From assembly GCA_964016885.1 (NCBI GenBank), contig OZ024765.1, forward strand, positions 11,222,001 to 11,286,000: DNA of 64,000 nt. The letters run 5' to 3'. The notes under the pieces were generated by a model. That model had not been told where the DNA came from, ran no database searches, and saw only the letters and a list, made by a program, of their open reading frames with translations. Shown in pieces: positions 39,749 to 54,007 of this stretch. Within the stretch, counting starts at the first letter, position 1. Each line of letters begins with the position of its first letter. Source of the stretch: Eledone cirrhosa (lineage: Eukaryota). The position numbers and the translations under genes were made by a program.

Positions 39749-40495
39749 AGGAGGTGAGTTTTATTGTAGTACAATAAAGCAATGCAGATATCGGATAAGA
39801 AGCACTCTACAGTTTGTAGGACTGGAGTATACATAATATATATATATATATTATATATATATATATGTATATATATACACATATATATATATATATATAT
39901 ATGTGTATATATTATATGTATATATATATATGTATATAATATATGTATATATATATATGTATATAATATATGTATATATATATTATATGTATATATATAT
40001 ATTATATATATATATAATATATGTATATATTATATATATATTATATATATATATAATATATGTATATATTATATATATATTATATATATATATATATATG
40101 TATACACACTCACACATATATACATATACATGCACACACATACATACAAATACATACACACATATACGCAGATACAGACATGTTTACATGCATACCTGCA
40201 TACATGCTTTGGTTATGGCTGAAAGAACTGGTGAGTCAAACAAAAAATACATTGAGGGGGGTGGGCGGTGATGCCATTGGAAGAGACAGTCTTCCCTGCA
40301 GAATTCCAGACTTCATGTCTATGTTAAAGATCACTGCATTAACTCCATATATGGTCATGTTTGCATCACTAGGTATGACAGCTTTCCTCACCTGTGTATA
40401 GAATAGTGACAGGTGTGTGGGGTGTAGATTAGTGTCAAGTGTGTTTGCGTGTGTGAGTGCATGTGTATGTGGGTGTGTATGTGTGTTTGCTTCTC

Positions 40496-40526
<31 letters not shown>

Positions 40527-41895
40527 GAATGTGTGAGTGTGTGTCTGTATATATATATATATTTATTAGTATTACTATATATATATATATATATATGTGT
40601 GTGTATGTATGTGCGTTTGCTTCTATATATATATATATATATATATATGCGTGTGTGAGTGTGTATGTATGTGTTGCTTCTATATATATATATGTGTGTG
40701 TGTGTATATATATGCGTGTGTGTGTGTATATATGTGTGCATGTATGTGTGTTTGTTTATATATATATATATAGATATATATATATATAGATATATAGGAA
40801 AATGTTCAAGACCCCGACGGCAGAGCTCAAGCCGTTTATATGTATATATGTATGTGTAGACCTGTGTGTGTGGGTATACATGTATATATGTATGTGTAGA
40901 TCTGTGTGTGTGTGTATGTGTGTGGGTATATATATATAGGTATGTGAAAGTCCTGTCCAACTTTGACACAGCTTTCATCTAGTAAATTTCACTAGCAAGG
41001 AGGCATTAGTGAACCTGGGGCTAGCTAGAATGGAAGGCCCCTACCTGGTACCATATGGTTGTGAAGTCGTGAACCCCTTAACCATACACATATCCTCTAT
41101 GGATGTAAACTGAGTGAAATTTAGCTGCTATTTCTCCACCAGGTGGAGCAGTGTGACCAGATAATGCATCAGGCACCATATCTTTATTAGTCACGTTCTC
41201 TACCATTTCAGCTACTCCAATGATGCTCTCCTTTAACAAATTAATTATTAAACGAGGTAGGATTGGGACTGAGCAATGAGGACCTACTTTACTTTCAGGG
41301 GAGGGTTTTTTTTTTTTTTTCTGTTTAGTTTCGATTAGACTTTCTCCGTGATTAAAAGGACTTTCAGTGAAGCTTGAATTTACACTGTCCGTTCATGTGT
41401 GTAAAAATCACCCAACTGCGTGATAACAACGACAACAACAACAACAACAGCAGCAATAAAAACAATGCACAGAATACAACAACAAGACAAAAGCTACCAC
41501 CTCCATTATCCAGCTTCCTCCTCCATCATCTGCTATGATTTAGCTTTGTGTTTACCATTGTCAGAATAACCTAGTGAGATCGTGAATAACTATTGTGCAT
41601 CAAAACATGCATCCTATTATATTGCATGTGCAAGAAGCATGTTTAATAAATAAATAAAAGATTATAAAAATATATATGTGTGCATGTGTGTGTATATATA
41701 TGTGTGTGTGTGTGTGTGTGTATATATATAATAATAATAATAATAATGAAATTATTGTATACAGTGCTCAGGTGCACTACAACTCACCAAAGGTGCATGT
41801 ATAGTACATAGAATAAGGTACAAATGTCAGAAAAATGAACAGTGTATGAGTCATGATATAATAATAATAATGAAATATATGTGTGTGTATATATA

Positions 41896-41929
<34 letters not shown>

Positions 41930-41930
<1 letters not shown>

Positions 41931-41983
41931 GTCTAACCCATGCTAGCGTGGAAGATAGATGTTAAACGATGATGATGATGATG

Positions 41984-42015
<32 letters not shown>

Positions 42016-42105
42016 ATATATATATATATGTGTGTGTATATATATATATGTCTAACCCATGCTAGCGTGGAAGATAGACATTAAACGATGATGATGATAT
42101 ATATA

Positions 42106-42136
<31 letters not shown>

Positions 42137-42298
42137 GTCTAACCCATGCTAGTGTGGAAGATAGACGTTAAACGATGATGATGATGATGATGATATATAT
42201 ATATGTGTGTGTGTGTATATATATATGTGTGTGTGTATATATATATGTCTAACCCATGCTAGCGTGGAAGATAGACGTTAAACGATGACGATCATGAT
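41930..42298 (+). repeat. Four tandem copies of the extreme RTE 3' tail, each followed by microsatellite
   Basis: TGTCTAACCCATGCTAGCGTGGAAGATAGACGTTAAAC(GAT)n four times. Confidence 0.85.
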
Positions 42299-42639
42299 AT
42301 ATATATATATATATATATGTGTGTGTATGTATGTGTGTATATATATGTATATATGTGTGTATGTACATTTGTATGTGTATATATATGTGTATATGTGTGT
42401 ATATACATATACATGTGTGTTTGTATGTGCATGTGTGTGTGTATATATTTATATCATCATTTTCATCATCATTTCATTTTACGTCTGCTTTTCCCTGCTT
42501 GCAAGGGTGGGACTAAAAGGTTAGCATGAGTGGGGTATATATCTATGTATGTGTGTGTGTGTTTGTATGTGCATGAGTGTGTATATATATATGTATGTAT
42601 CTATGTATGTATGTGTGTGTGTGTGTGTATATATATATA

Positions 42640-42988
42640 TTAGAAAGTGAGGTTTTTTTTACAAAATGAAAAATAACCGAGGTGTCCTACACAAGTGAAA
42701 GTATAAAGAAAAAAAGATGAAATCGAAAATGCAACTGGAGTCTTATTTAAAAAAAAAAATATATATTTACTTGGTTACTTTACCGGTTTCGCAGTTCTTC
42801 TGCTTTTCAAAAGTAGAGTTGAGATGAAGGGTCTGTGGTTTTTCTCACATCTCAGACCCTCCATCTCAACTCTACTTTTGAAAAGCAGAAGAACTGCGAA
42901 ACCGGTAAAGGAACCAAATAAATAAATATATATATTTTTTTAAAATAAGACTCCAGTTGCATTTTCGATTTCATCTTTTTTTCTTTAT
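42640..42988. mobile_element. Family F fold-back element with a variant hammerhead core
   Basis: Arms about 42702-42835 and 42854-42988; CTT/TTGAAAA/GCAG AAGAA CTGC/GAAA/CCGGTA/AAG at 42875-42910. Confidence 0.7.
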
Positions 42989-43550
42989 ATATATATATAT
43001 ATATATATATATGATAATAAGGGCGCTGCGGAGTTGCAAATGGGTTACATATGAAAAAAGTTTGTCCTTCATCAGTGATCTTCCAACCATCATAGGCATT
43101 TCATCGCTTTAAAGACCATATACCACTGGTTGGTGCGAGCAACGGCTAAAAAAAGTCGTTGGGACACGTAAATAAAGGGGACGCGAGGGTAAACAAACAA
43201 AATGGTGAGGCAACAGAAAGTATATATATATATATATATACACACACATATATGTTTTTGTGTGTGTTTGTATGTGCATGAGTGTGTCAGTAGACAAATA
43301 AAAAGACAGACAAACAGACAGACTATAGATCAATGTTGGTGATATAGTCATCATGCCACAACCAGTATACATATACTACTGTTGACTCTTTCAAATGACA
43401 TATGTCCCTGTAAATAGTTATTTCTCCAACGTTACACATATATTTAATCTTATATGTCATATCTACAGATGCCTTCACTGTCTTGTAACTCTTGAGGGAG
43501 CCATCACAAGAGTGCTCCATTGACATACAGTGTTTCCTGGCTATTTTTAA

Positions 43551-43766
43551 CCCTTTAGCATTTAAACTGGCCATATACGGCCAGAATTCTCTCACCTTTC
43601 TCTCTTCAAAATGGCCGTAACTAGCCACTCATACTGATGTTAAGGTATTATTCGCAAAATTAATAATATCAAAATTCCATAGAATCGATATTATGTGAGA
43701 TAATTATGTGAAGTAAAACCTTTACCACAAAAATACAATAGTATATATAAAGTAAATGGTAAAGGG
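43551..43766. mobile_element. piggyBac-type MITE
   Basis: TTAA|CCCTTTA...TAAAGGG|TTAA; opposite orientation to 18190-18395. Confidence 0.8.
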
Positions 43767-44312
43767 TTAAATCTGGTGGAGCCCAATAGTTTATATAATG
43801 TAAAGCATTGGCATACAGTAATCTCCCGCTGTGTGCACTGTTCATTTTACTGATGTTTGTGCATTGCCCTATGTACTGTACATGCACTTTTTTGATGGGT
43901 TGTGGTGCACCTGGGCACTGTGCACAATATTTCATTATTGTTATTGTTATTATATCATGACTCATACACTGTTTATTTTCCTGACATTTGTACATTATTC
44001 TATGTACTATACATGCACCTTTGATGAGTTGTAGTGCACCTGAGCACTGTACACAATAATTTCATTATTATTATCACAGTTCAGTCCCGCTACATCGCCG
44101 ATTTTTCTTTGGAATGTATCTAATTTGCCATCGCGGTAATCCTCGCTACGTCGCGGATTTTTCTTTAGAACATATCTATTTTCTTATTGTGGTACATATG
44201 GCTGAATAAAAAGTGTTTAAAATTTAAACTTAAAATTAAATAAGTTTCAATGTTATTGAAGTGTATATCGTAAGGAAGGGACATCTTAGGGCTTTAACTT
44301 AGAAAAAATAAT

Positions 44313-44497
44313 TGTTTCTACTTTAGGCACAAGGCCAGCAATTATCCAGTGCATTACTGGTACTTTATTTTATCGACCCCGTAAGGATGAAAGGCAAAGT
44401 CAACCTCGGCGGGATTTGAACTCAGATCGTAAAGGGACGTAACTATGCTGGAAAGCATGGCGTCCGACCCTCTACCGATACTACCAATCCGCCGACC
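44313..44497 (-). mobile_element. SINE family 2 with a 16-bp target site duplication
   Basis: ACTTAGAAAAAATAAT-type direct repeat at 44297-44312 and 44498-44513. Confidence 0.9.
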
Positions 44498-45092
44498 ACT
44501 TAGAAAAAATAATGTCACCATCTCATAGATTCAATATTATGTGAGATAATTATGTGAGGTAAAGCCTTTACCACAAAAATATAATAATAAATATAGAGTA
44601 ATGTAAATGCTAAAGGATTAAAACAGCTGCTCATACTGATGTTAGGGTATTGTTCTCAAAATAGATCATATAAAAATCTCATAGATTCGATATTATGTGA
44701 GATAAAGCTTTTACCACGAAAATATAATAGTAAATATAGAGTAATGGAGTGTATGTATGTGTGTATACAGTCACAAGGTTCTGTAAATTTAAATAGTTAT
44801 TCCTCCAAAGTTACTCATACATTTAATCCTGTATGTTATTTGTATATACAGTGTGTCACCCCAAAATATATACATATATTCATTAGAATGCTATTGAAAT
44901 GTGTATACATTTTTGAGGGGACACCGTTTATATGTTGAAGAATTATGTAATTATATCCCCGAGATATATTATTAAAATAACATTATCATTAATCACTTCC
45001 ACTTGTCATTAATCAACACAAACTATAGGGTTTCTCTTATGCAAACAAATTAATAATTCATCAAAATTCAGATTTCCCAGTTTGTATGATTC

Positions 45093-45283
45093 TTCATCAT
45101 CATCATCATCATCATCGTTTACCGTCCATCTTCCACGCTAGCATGGGTTTGGACGGGAATTTTCCCACTTGAGGCAAGGTTGGTTGTCTTGCTCGTATAG
45201 GACTGTCTGGCGGGTTTTCTACGGCTGGATGCCCTTCCCAACACCAACCACGTTTACAGTGTGAGGCTGGGAGGTTTTCACCG
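45093..45283 (-). mobile_element. RTE family 1 3' tail
   Basis: Homology to the other copies. Confidence 0.8.
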
Positions 45284-45383
45284 TCATATATACAATAGTC
45301 CTATAACATAGCAATCCTTCACACCAAAAACCAAACAAGTTTGATGAAATTAGTATCTTTATTGATAACATTAGTCCAGTAAT

Positions 45384-46145
45384 ATGTATGTGTGTCTATA
45401 TATGTAATTATGTGTGTATGTATGTATCTATATATGTATGTATGAATGTATGTGTGTATATATATGTAATTATATATGTATGAATGTATGTGTGTCTATA
45501 TATGTAATTATGTGTGTATGAATGTATGTGTGTCTATATATGTAATTATGTATGTATGAATGTATGTGTGTCTATATATGTAATTATGTGTGTATGAATG
45601 TATGTGTGTCTATATATGTATGTATGAATGTATGTGTGTCTATATATGTAATTATGTGTGTATGAATGTATCTATATATGTATGTATGAATGTATGTGTG
45701 TCTATATATGTAATTATGTATGTATGAATGTATGTGTGTCTATATATGTAATTATGTGTGTATGAATGTATCTATATATGTATGTATGAATGTATGTGTA
45801 TCTATATATGTAATTATGTGTGTATGTATGTATCTATATATGTATGTATGAATGTATGTGTGTCTATATATGTAATTTTGTGTGTATGAATGTATGTGTG
45901 TCTATATATGTAATTATGTGTGTATGTATCTATATATGTATGTATGAATGTATGTGTGTCTATATATGTAATTATGTATGTATGAATGTATTTGTGTCTA
46001 TATATGTAATTATGTATGTATGAATGTATGTGTGTCTATATATGTAATTATGTATGTATGTATGAATGAATGTGTGTCTATATATGTAATTATGTGTGTA
46101 TGAATTTATGTGTGTCTATATATGTAATTATGTGTGTATGTGTGT
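45384..46145. repeat. Minisatellite of about 38 bp (TGTATGAATGTATGTGTGTCTATATATGTAATTATG)
   Basis: Direct observation. Confidence 0.9.
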
Positions 46146-46613
46146 ATATATGTCTCTCATTCTCTTAATGTTGAGTACATTTTTGACTGGCCACCTTCCT
46201 GGTGGCAGGGGTGTAAAAGAAAAGAAATTGTCATCCCTTGAATCACAAGAATGTTTTCCAAATTTTGAATGTGCCAGATATCGCAGCCATTTGTAGTCTA
46301 TGAATTAGGGAGCTGCTGATGATTTGATGATGATGATGTGATGATGTGATGACAATGACGATGTGATGATATTGTGATGATGATGATGTGATGACAACGA
46401 CAATCTGATGATATTGTGATGATGATGATGTGATGACAGTGACGATAATAACAAGAACAACAACAACAATGATGATAATGATGATGATGATGATGAAGAT
46501 AATAGCAATGAAGATGATGATGATGATGATGATGATGATAGCAATGAAGATGATGAGGGTGACAATGTCAATGGCGATGGTGATGATGATGATGACGAGG
46601 GTGACACTGATAA

Positions 46614-46778
46614 TAATTGTTTCTACTTTTGGCACAAGGCCAGCAATTACCCCCAGTGTATTACTGGTACTTTATTTTATCGACCCCCGTAAGGATCAAA
46701 GGCAAAGTTAACCTCGGTGGGATTTGAACTCAGATCGTACAGGGAGGTAACTCTATGCTTCAAAGCATGGCATCCGAC
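46614..46778 (-). mobile_element. SINE family 2
   Basis: Core and B box on the minus strand. Confidence 0.8.
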
Positions 46779-46799
46779 AATGACAGTGATGATGGTGAT

Positions 46800-47247
46800 G
46801 GTGACAATATCAAGGACAGGTGACAATAACAAGGACAGGTGACAATAACAAGGACAGGTGACAATAACAAGGACAGTGATGGTGACAATAACAAGGACAG
46901 GTGACAATAACAAGGACAGGTGACAATAACAAGGACAGGTGACAATAACAAGGACAGGTGACAATAACAAGGACAGGTGACAATAACAAGGACAGTGATG
47001 GTGACAATAACAAGGACAGGTGACAATAACAAGGACAGGTGACAATAACAAGGACAGGTGACAATAACAAGGACAGGTGACAATATCAAGGACAGGTGAC
47101 AATAACAAGGACAGGTGACAATAACAAGGACAGGTGACAATAACAATTACAGGTGACAATAACAAGGACAGGTGACAATAACAATTACAGGTGACAATAA
47201 CAAGGACAGGTGACAATAACAAGGACAGGTGACAATAACAAGGACAG
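46800..47247. repeat. 19-bp minisatellite TGACAATAACAAGGACAGG
   Basis: More than 20 highly homogeneous units. Confidence 0.95.
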
Positions 47248-47624
47248 TGATGATGAAGATGGCAATAATGAAATAGCAACTCAGTGTAAAATGTCCCAAA
47301 GCAACCACATACCTTTCCTAATAACCATCTTATCATACTTGTATGGTAAATTGGGGAGTTATCCGATCCAGGGGGGCAGGGAAGGAAATCATCGGAAGGG
47401 ACAACACCACCTCCTTCCTTAGTTCATTATTACACAGCATTGGTAAGTTCCAAAGAATGCGGAAAAATCCATAGAAAATAGCCTGGTATATAGCTTTATA
47501 TATATGTATATATATATGTATATATATATATGTGTGTGTGTATGTATATATATGTGTGTATGTATATATATATATATGTGTGTGTGTATGTATGTATATA
47601 TATGTGTGTGTGTATGTATGTATA

Positions 47625-47675
<51 letters not shown>

Positions 47676-48116
47676 ATGTATATATATATGTATATATATA
47701 TGTATATCTATATATGTGTGTGTGTATGTATATATATATATATATATGTATATCTATATATGTATATATATATATGTGTGTGTGTATGTATATATATATG
47801 TATATATATAATAATTTAATTTAATGTCATTTTACGTCCACTTTTCCCTGCTTGCAAGGGTGGGATGAGAACTGATATATATACATAGAGAACTGATATA
47901 TATATATATATGTGTGTGTATGTATATATATATATATGTATATATATGTGTATATATGTGTGTGTATGTATGTATAGTTAATTATGCTAATTGGGAGAAG
48001 AAATAGTATATATTTTATCTTGTGATTCTATAGACATGTTTTATGATATATGTATATATATGTATATATATGTGTGTGTGTGTGTATATATATATATGTA
48101 TGTATATATATGTGTG

Positions 48117-48155
<39 letters not shown>

Positions 48156-48170
48156 ATGAATATATATATA

Positions 48171-48211
<41 letters not shown>

Positions 48212-48308
48212 GTATATATACGTGTGTGTGTATGTATATATATATATATATGTGTATATATATGTATATATATATATGTGTGTATATATATATATATATG
48301 TATATATA

Positions 48309-48341
<33 letters not shown>

Positions 48342-48392
48342 GTATATCTATATATATATATGTATATATATATATGTATATATATGTGTGTG

Positions 48393-48436
<44 letters not shown>

Positions 48437-48769
48437 TATATGTATATATGTGTGTATATATATATCTATATATGCGTGTATACATATATATATATACGTG
48501 TGGCTGGGTGAAGGTGTGTGGCTGAGTGGTTAGAGAATTGGATTCACAATCTTGAGGTTGTGAGTTAGATTCCTGGACCAGGTGATGCGTTATGTCCTTG
48601 AGCAAGACACTTTATTTCACGTTGCTCCTTCTACCTGGAGTTGCGACCAATAGATAGTATTAGCAATTGGAAAGACCAATGGAAACATTGTTTCCTCGGT
48701 CCAATTTGATGAAAGTCGATCAATCCTTTTATATATATATATATATATATTTTTATATATATATATATA

Positions 48770-48850
<81 letters not shown>

Positions 48851-49053
48851 ATGAAATTATAGTGTTAATGAAATTATTGTGTACAGAGCTCAGATGCACT
48901 ACAGCTTGTCAAAGGTGCATGTATAGTACATAGAATATATATGTGTGTTTGTGTGAGTTTATATATATATATATATATATATATAGTGTGTGTGTATATA
49001 TATATGTATGAGTGGTGTGTGTGTATATATGTATATATATACGTATATGTATC

Positions 49054-49086
<33 letters not shown>

Positions 49087-49212
49087 GGGTGGTTGTGTAT
49101 ATATATATATATATATATGTATCTGTATATATGTGCGTGTGTATAAATAAATATATATATATAATATATATATATATTATATATATATAATATATATGTG
49201 TGTGAGTGTCTA

Positions 49213-49259
<47 letters not shown>

Positions 49260-49664
49260 ACGAATATATATATATATATATACACACACAAGTTTAGGTG
49301 TTCAAAGAGGAGAAAGAGTACTCAAAATGTATGTCCATGGTGGACCATGTTTAGTCCTTCGTAGAGAGATGTGTTTCTATCATTAAAGTTTTGGTTGTAA
49401 AAATCTCACATTCCCTGCCCTTCATTACCTCCTTTGTTTTATAGCTACTAGTGGACTACTGATACATTTCTAGCTAAATGTGTGTGTCTCTGTGTGTATC
49501 TGTGTGTATCTGTGTGTATCTGCCCTAACACACACACATACCTACACATATATGTACATGTATATATGTATGTGTATATATATATGTATATGTATATTTG
49601 TATGCGTATATATATATGTATGTATGTGTATATATGTATGTGTATATATGTATGTGTATGTATG

Positions 49665-49707
<43 letters not shown>

Positions 49708-49714
49708 ATGTATG

Positions 49715-49776
<62 letters not shown>

Positions 49777-49778
49777 AA

Positions 49779-49880
49779 TAGGGTATCCCATCAAAAATGT
49801 ATACACACTTCAACAGCATTCTAATAAATATTGCTTGTACAGGTAATCAAAGTGTGTATACATTTTTGGGGGACACCCTG
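49779..49880. mobile_element. Short Tc1/mariner-type MITE
   Basis: Imperfect TIR (C)AGGGTGTCCC..AAAAATGTATACACACTT; related pieces at 44848-44930 and 54008-54062. Confidence 0.6.
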
Positions 49881-49915
49881 TGTGTGGATATATCTCTCTC
49901 TCTCTCTGTATGTGT

Positions 49916-49947
<32 letters not shown>

Positions 49948-50169
49948 CCATATATATATACATATATATATGGACACACACACACATTCATACTTACACA
50001 CACATACATACAAGCATGCATAAAGGCAACTGTAATGCATGCACGCTTGTATGTGTATATACACACACATATACTCACAAACACACACATACATTCACAC
50101 AAACACACACATACATACACTTACTTATATATGACTTCTCTTATCTCCTCACATCTGACAATGTGTCAA

Positions 50170-50470
50170 AAGCAACACCACCACCACCACCAACACCACC
50201 GACAGCACCACCAACACCACCAACACCACCACTACCACCAACACCACCAACGACAGCACCACCAACACCACCACTACCACCAACACCACCAACGACAGCA
50301 CCACCAACACCACCACTACCACCAACACCACCAACGACAGCACCACCACCACCACCAACGACAGCACCACCACCACCACCAACGACAGCACCACTACCAC
50401 CACCAACACCACAAACACCGCCACCGACACCACCAACACCACCACCAACACCACCAACAACACCACCAAA
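50170..50470. repeat. CAC-rich repeat
   Basis: Direct observation. Confidence 0.9.
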
Positions 50471-51061
50471 ATCAAATAATCATTATCGTCATTAATACTG
50501 TCACTAAGAAATAATCATTATTATTATTTTTATTTTTATCTATTTCATCATCATCATCACCATCACCATCACCATCATCCTTATATTATATTATTATTAT
50601 TGTGACAGTCATATCAGAAATCACTATAAAAGTAGAAAACATTAGCGACGACAACAACGACAACAACAACAACCTCAGAAAAACTAACAAAGAAGCAAAC
50701 AAAATGTTATCTAATTCCCATAATTCCCTTTGGCTACAGAAAAATTTTCCCCAAGAAAAGTTGTTTTTTGCTGAAATCATGTAAGAACTTGAAATATAGA
50801 AGATGTCATATATGGTAACATCTCGTGTCAGTTGACGGAGAAAAAAGGGCAGGTAAGCAGGAGTGGAGCGTAGATATCGGTTGATGTCGAATATAGAGTT
50901 TAGAGTTCTATCCCCTCCATGTAGTATCCATTAATTCAAGAAATGAAACAAAAAAACCCCCCAAAAACAGCAAATAAATGAAATTTACAGGTAAACTCAT
51001 GCCTGTCTAAATTTACCTGGCCCTCAGGTTGAATTTCATAGAGGTTACTCAGATGCTTTAA

Positions 51062-51491
51062 CCCATTAGCGTTTAAACCAGCCATATCCAGACAGAATTC
51101 TCTCACCTCTTTCTGTTCAAATCTACTGTACCCAGCCATTCATACTGATGTTAAGGTGTTGTTCTCAATATAAATAAATATCAAAATCTCATAGATTCGA
51201 TATTATGTGAGATAATTATGTGAGATAAAGCCTTTACCATGAAAATATAATCTCAAAGAAGGTTTCTCAGATGCTTTAACACTTTAGCGTTTAAACTGAC
51301 TGTGTCCAGCCAGAATTCTCTCACTTCTTTCTGTTTAAACCTGCTGTACCCAGCCATTCATACTGATGTTAATATATTGTTCTCAAAACAAATAATATCA
51401 AAATCTCATAGATTCAATATTATGTGAGATAAAGAAAGCCTTTACCATGAAAACATAACAGTAAATATAGAGTAATGTAAATGCTAAAGGG
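51062..51491. mobile_element. Tandemly duplicated piggyBac-type MITE
   Basis: Two consecutive copies, each preceded by AGGTT.CTCAGATGCTTTAA; the second ends TAAAGGG|TTAA. Confidence 0.75.
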
Positions 51492-51568
51492 TTAATGACA
51501 TATGCAGGTTTAGCTGACCTCCTATGAGGTTGTTTCTTGTGTGTTTCAATGATAGGAGCCCTGGTGTT

Positions 51569-51914
51569 CATCATCATCATCATCATTTCATTTTACGTCC
51601 GCTTTTTCCCTGCTTGCAAGGGTGGGACGGGAACTGATTCTGGCTTGATTTCTACAGCTGGATGCCCTTCCTAACACCAACCTCAATTACAGTGAGTGCT
51701 GGGTGCTTTTTTGCCGTGGCACCTCCACGACCACTTTACAGTGGAATGATATGGACCCCAGTCCCTATCATCTCATTTCTACAGCTGAGTAAACTGGAGC
51801 AATGTGAAATAAAGTGTCTTGCTCAAGGAGACAACACATCACCCGGTCTGAGAATTGAACTCACAACCTTTCGATTGCAAGGCCAATGCTCTAACCACTA
51901 AGCCATGTGCCTCC
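51569..51914 (-). mobile_element. tRNA-headed SINE family 1
   Basis: Full-length copy. Confidence 0.85.
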
Positions 51915-52194
51915 ATGTGTTCTTTTGTTAAAATTCACAACTATGTAGGTGAGATATGGAGGAGGAACCGAGCCCAATATTGGACTGATACTTTTTTTAT
52001 TAACCTCGAAAGGATGAAAGGTAAAGCTGACTTTGGTGAAATTTGAGCTCAGAACATAGAGAACCAGAACAAATACTGCAAAATATTCTATCTGATATTT
52101 TAATGACTGTCAATTCACTGCCTGATTAAGTTAAACTGCTCAAAGAAATTAGTTTCCTTTGTATAACACTAGGTTACATACATAAATTAATCGT

Positions 52195-52825
52195 GTTTAT
52201 GACATTTATTGCTCTGAAATAAAGCCAGACATTTGAAACAAATTTATTGCATTGGCATAACGTTATGTTATGCAAGAACTTGTCTTAAAATAAAGCAAAG
52301 TTACATAAGAATTTGTCTTGGACTAAAGCAAGGCTACACAAGAAATTGTGTTGGAATAAAGCAGTGTTACTCAATAACTTGTCTAAAAATGAAATAAGAT
52401 TACTCAAATAAAGCTACACACCACATATTTATTGCCTTGGATTAAGCAAGGTTAAACAATAGTTTGTCTTAGAATAGAGCAAGGTTACATACGAACTTGT
52501 CTTAGAATGAAAAATGTTTATTCAAATAAAGCTAGACGCCTCAAACAGATTTATTGTGCTGGAATAAAGGAAGAACTTCTCTTAAAATAAAGCAAGGTTA
52601 TACATTATTTTGTCTTAAAATAAAGCAAAGTTAATCAAGAACTTGTCTTATAATATAGCAAGGTTACATAGGAACTAGTCTTGGAATAAAGTAATGTTTC
52701 TTAAGAACTTGTCTTAGAATATATTAAGTTTACTCAAATAAAGCAAGACCCCCTTAAACAAATTTATTGTGTTGCAATAAAGCATGTTACACAAAACTTG
52801 TCTTAAAATAAAGTAAATTTACTGA
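52195..52825. repeat. Diverged tandem repeat of about 33 bp (AAGAACTTGTCTTAAAATAAAGCAAGGTTAC)
   Basis: Recurrent core, plus a periodic TTTATTG variant unit. Confidence 0.8.
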
Positions 52826-53015
52826 AGCACAGGTATCACTTGATATGTGACATTTTTTGCGATGCATGGTATTGCTGGCCATAGGCAAGTCCCTAGCATG
52901 TCCGTGATGTTCATGCTTATATATCAAACAATGGTATTACTCGAAATCAAGTTGAAGCCATCATATCACATCATGTATGTAAATAGGTGTGGTGTGTGTG
53001 TGTGTGTATATATAT

Positions 53016-53068
<53 letters not shown>

Positions 53069-53072
<4 letters not shown>

Positions 53073-53377
53073 GATAAATCTACCAAAAGTTTACGGTAGT
53101 GTCCAATCCGTATGAAGAACTCAATGTAATCCGGATATCATGAAAAGAAGAGATGCATTCAAAAATCACTTTCGGTGAAAGATAAACGGAATACAGAGTC
53201 AAGATAAAATATTTAAAAAATAATGAATAAAACAAAGAAACAGTTCCTTATATTAAACAAAAAAAGTTCATTATTTTACGATCGTTTCTAGGACATATAT
53301 GTGTTAGAATTGGTATGCATATTCAAAAGATCTATGTACAAAATTATACAAACTATCAAGGAGAATATACATACCAT

Positions 53378-53380
<3 letters not shown>
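53069..53380 (-). mobile_element. Family H element
   Basis: Homologous to 21390-21710 and 57330-57647. Confidence 0.7.
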
Positions 53381-53431
<51 letters not shown>

Positions 53432-53966
53432 ATCAGCAGAAAAATGGACACAGAAAGACAGTTGCATAAGAAAAATAGACAACTGCATTTTGACCTCATT
53501 AGCCACCTTACTGGTGAGCAATTTCACACATTAAGGTGGGATTGGACTTGTAATAAAAATAACTAAAACAGAGATAAAGTTGTGAAAATGTACAACTAAA
53601 AATAAATAGGAAACTGACTCAGCATGTAAAATGTGTAACATGTTAAAGGTGGAAAGAATCTAAGTTTCATCAAGATAATTTGGTTTGGTTGAGAATGTGG
53701 TCAGAGCTGAAGAAAAGTGGTTTGCTTCCAACTAACAAGGTGAAGAGATGAAAGACTGACTGGTGGGCTAAAGGCCAGAGAGGAAGTGGAGAAAATGATA
53801 GTAAAAGACAAAAAGAGGAAGAGCAAGAAAAAGAGAGAGAGAAAGGGGCGGATAAATATAACTAAGGCAACGTTCCAACATCCTTGTTAGCATTAATTTT
53901 AACATTTAATGTCCCATTTGAATTACTGTAGTCTTTTAAAAGAACATATCATTTCTCACTGTCAGT

Positions 53967-54007
<41 letters not shown>

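Noticed and set aside
43020-43080. CTGATGAAGGAC on the minus strand as a hammerhead
   Set aside because: No matching stem II closure or GAAA downstream.
46800-47247. Cys-rich metallothionein-like ORF or CRISPR-like array
   Set aside because: A 19-bp tandem repeat without spacers; the unit is not a multiple of 3, so the peptide cycles through frames.
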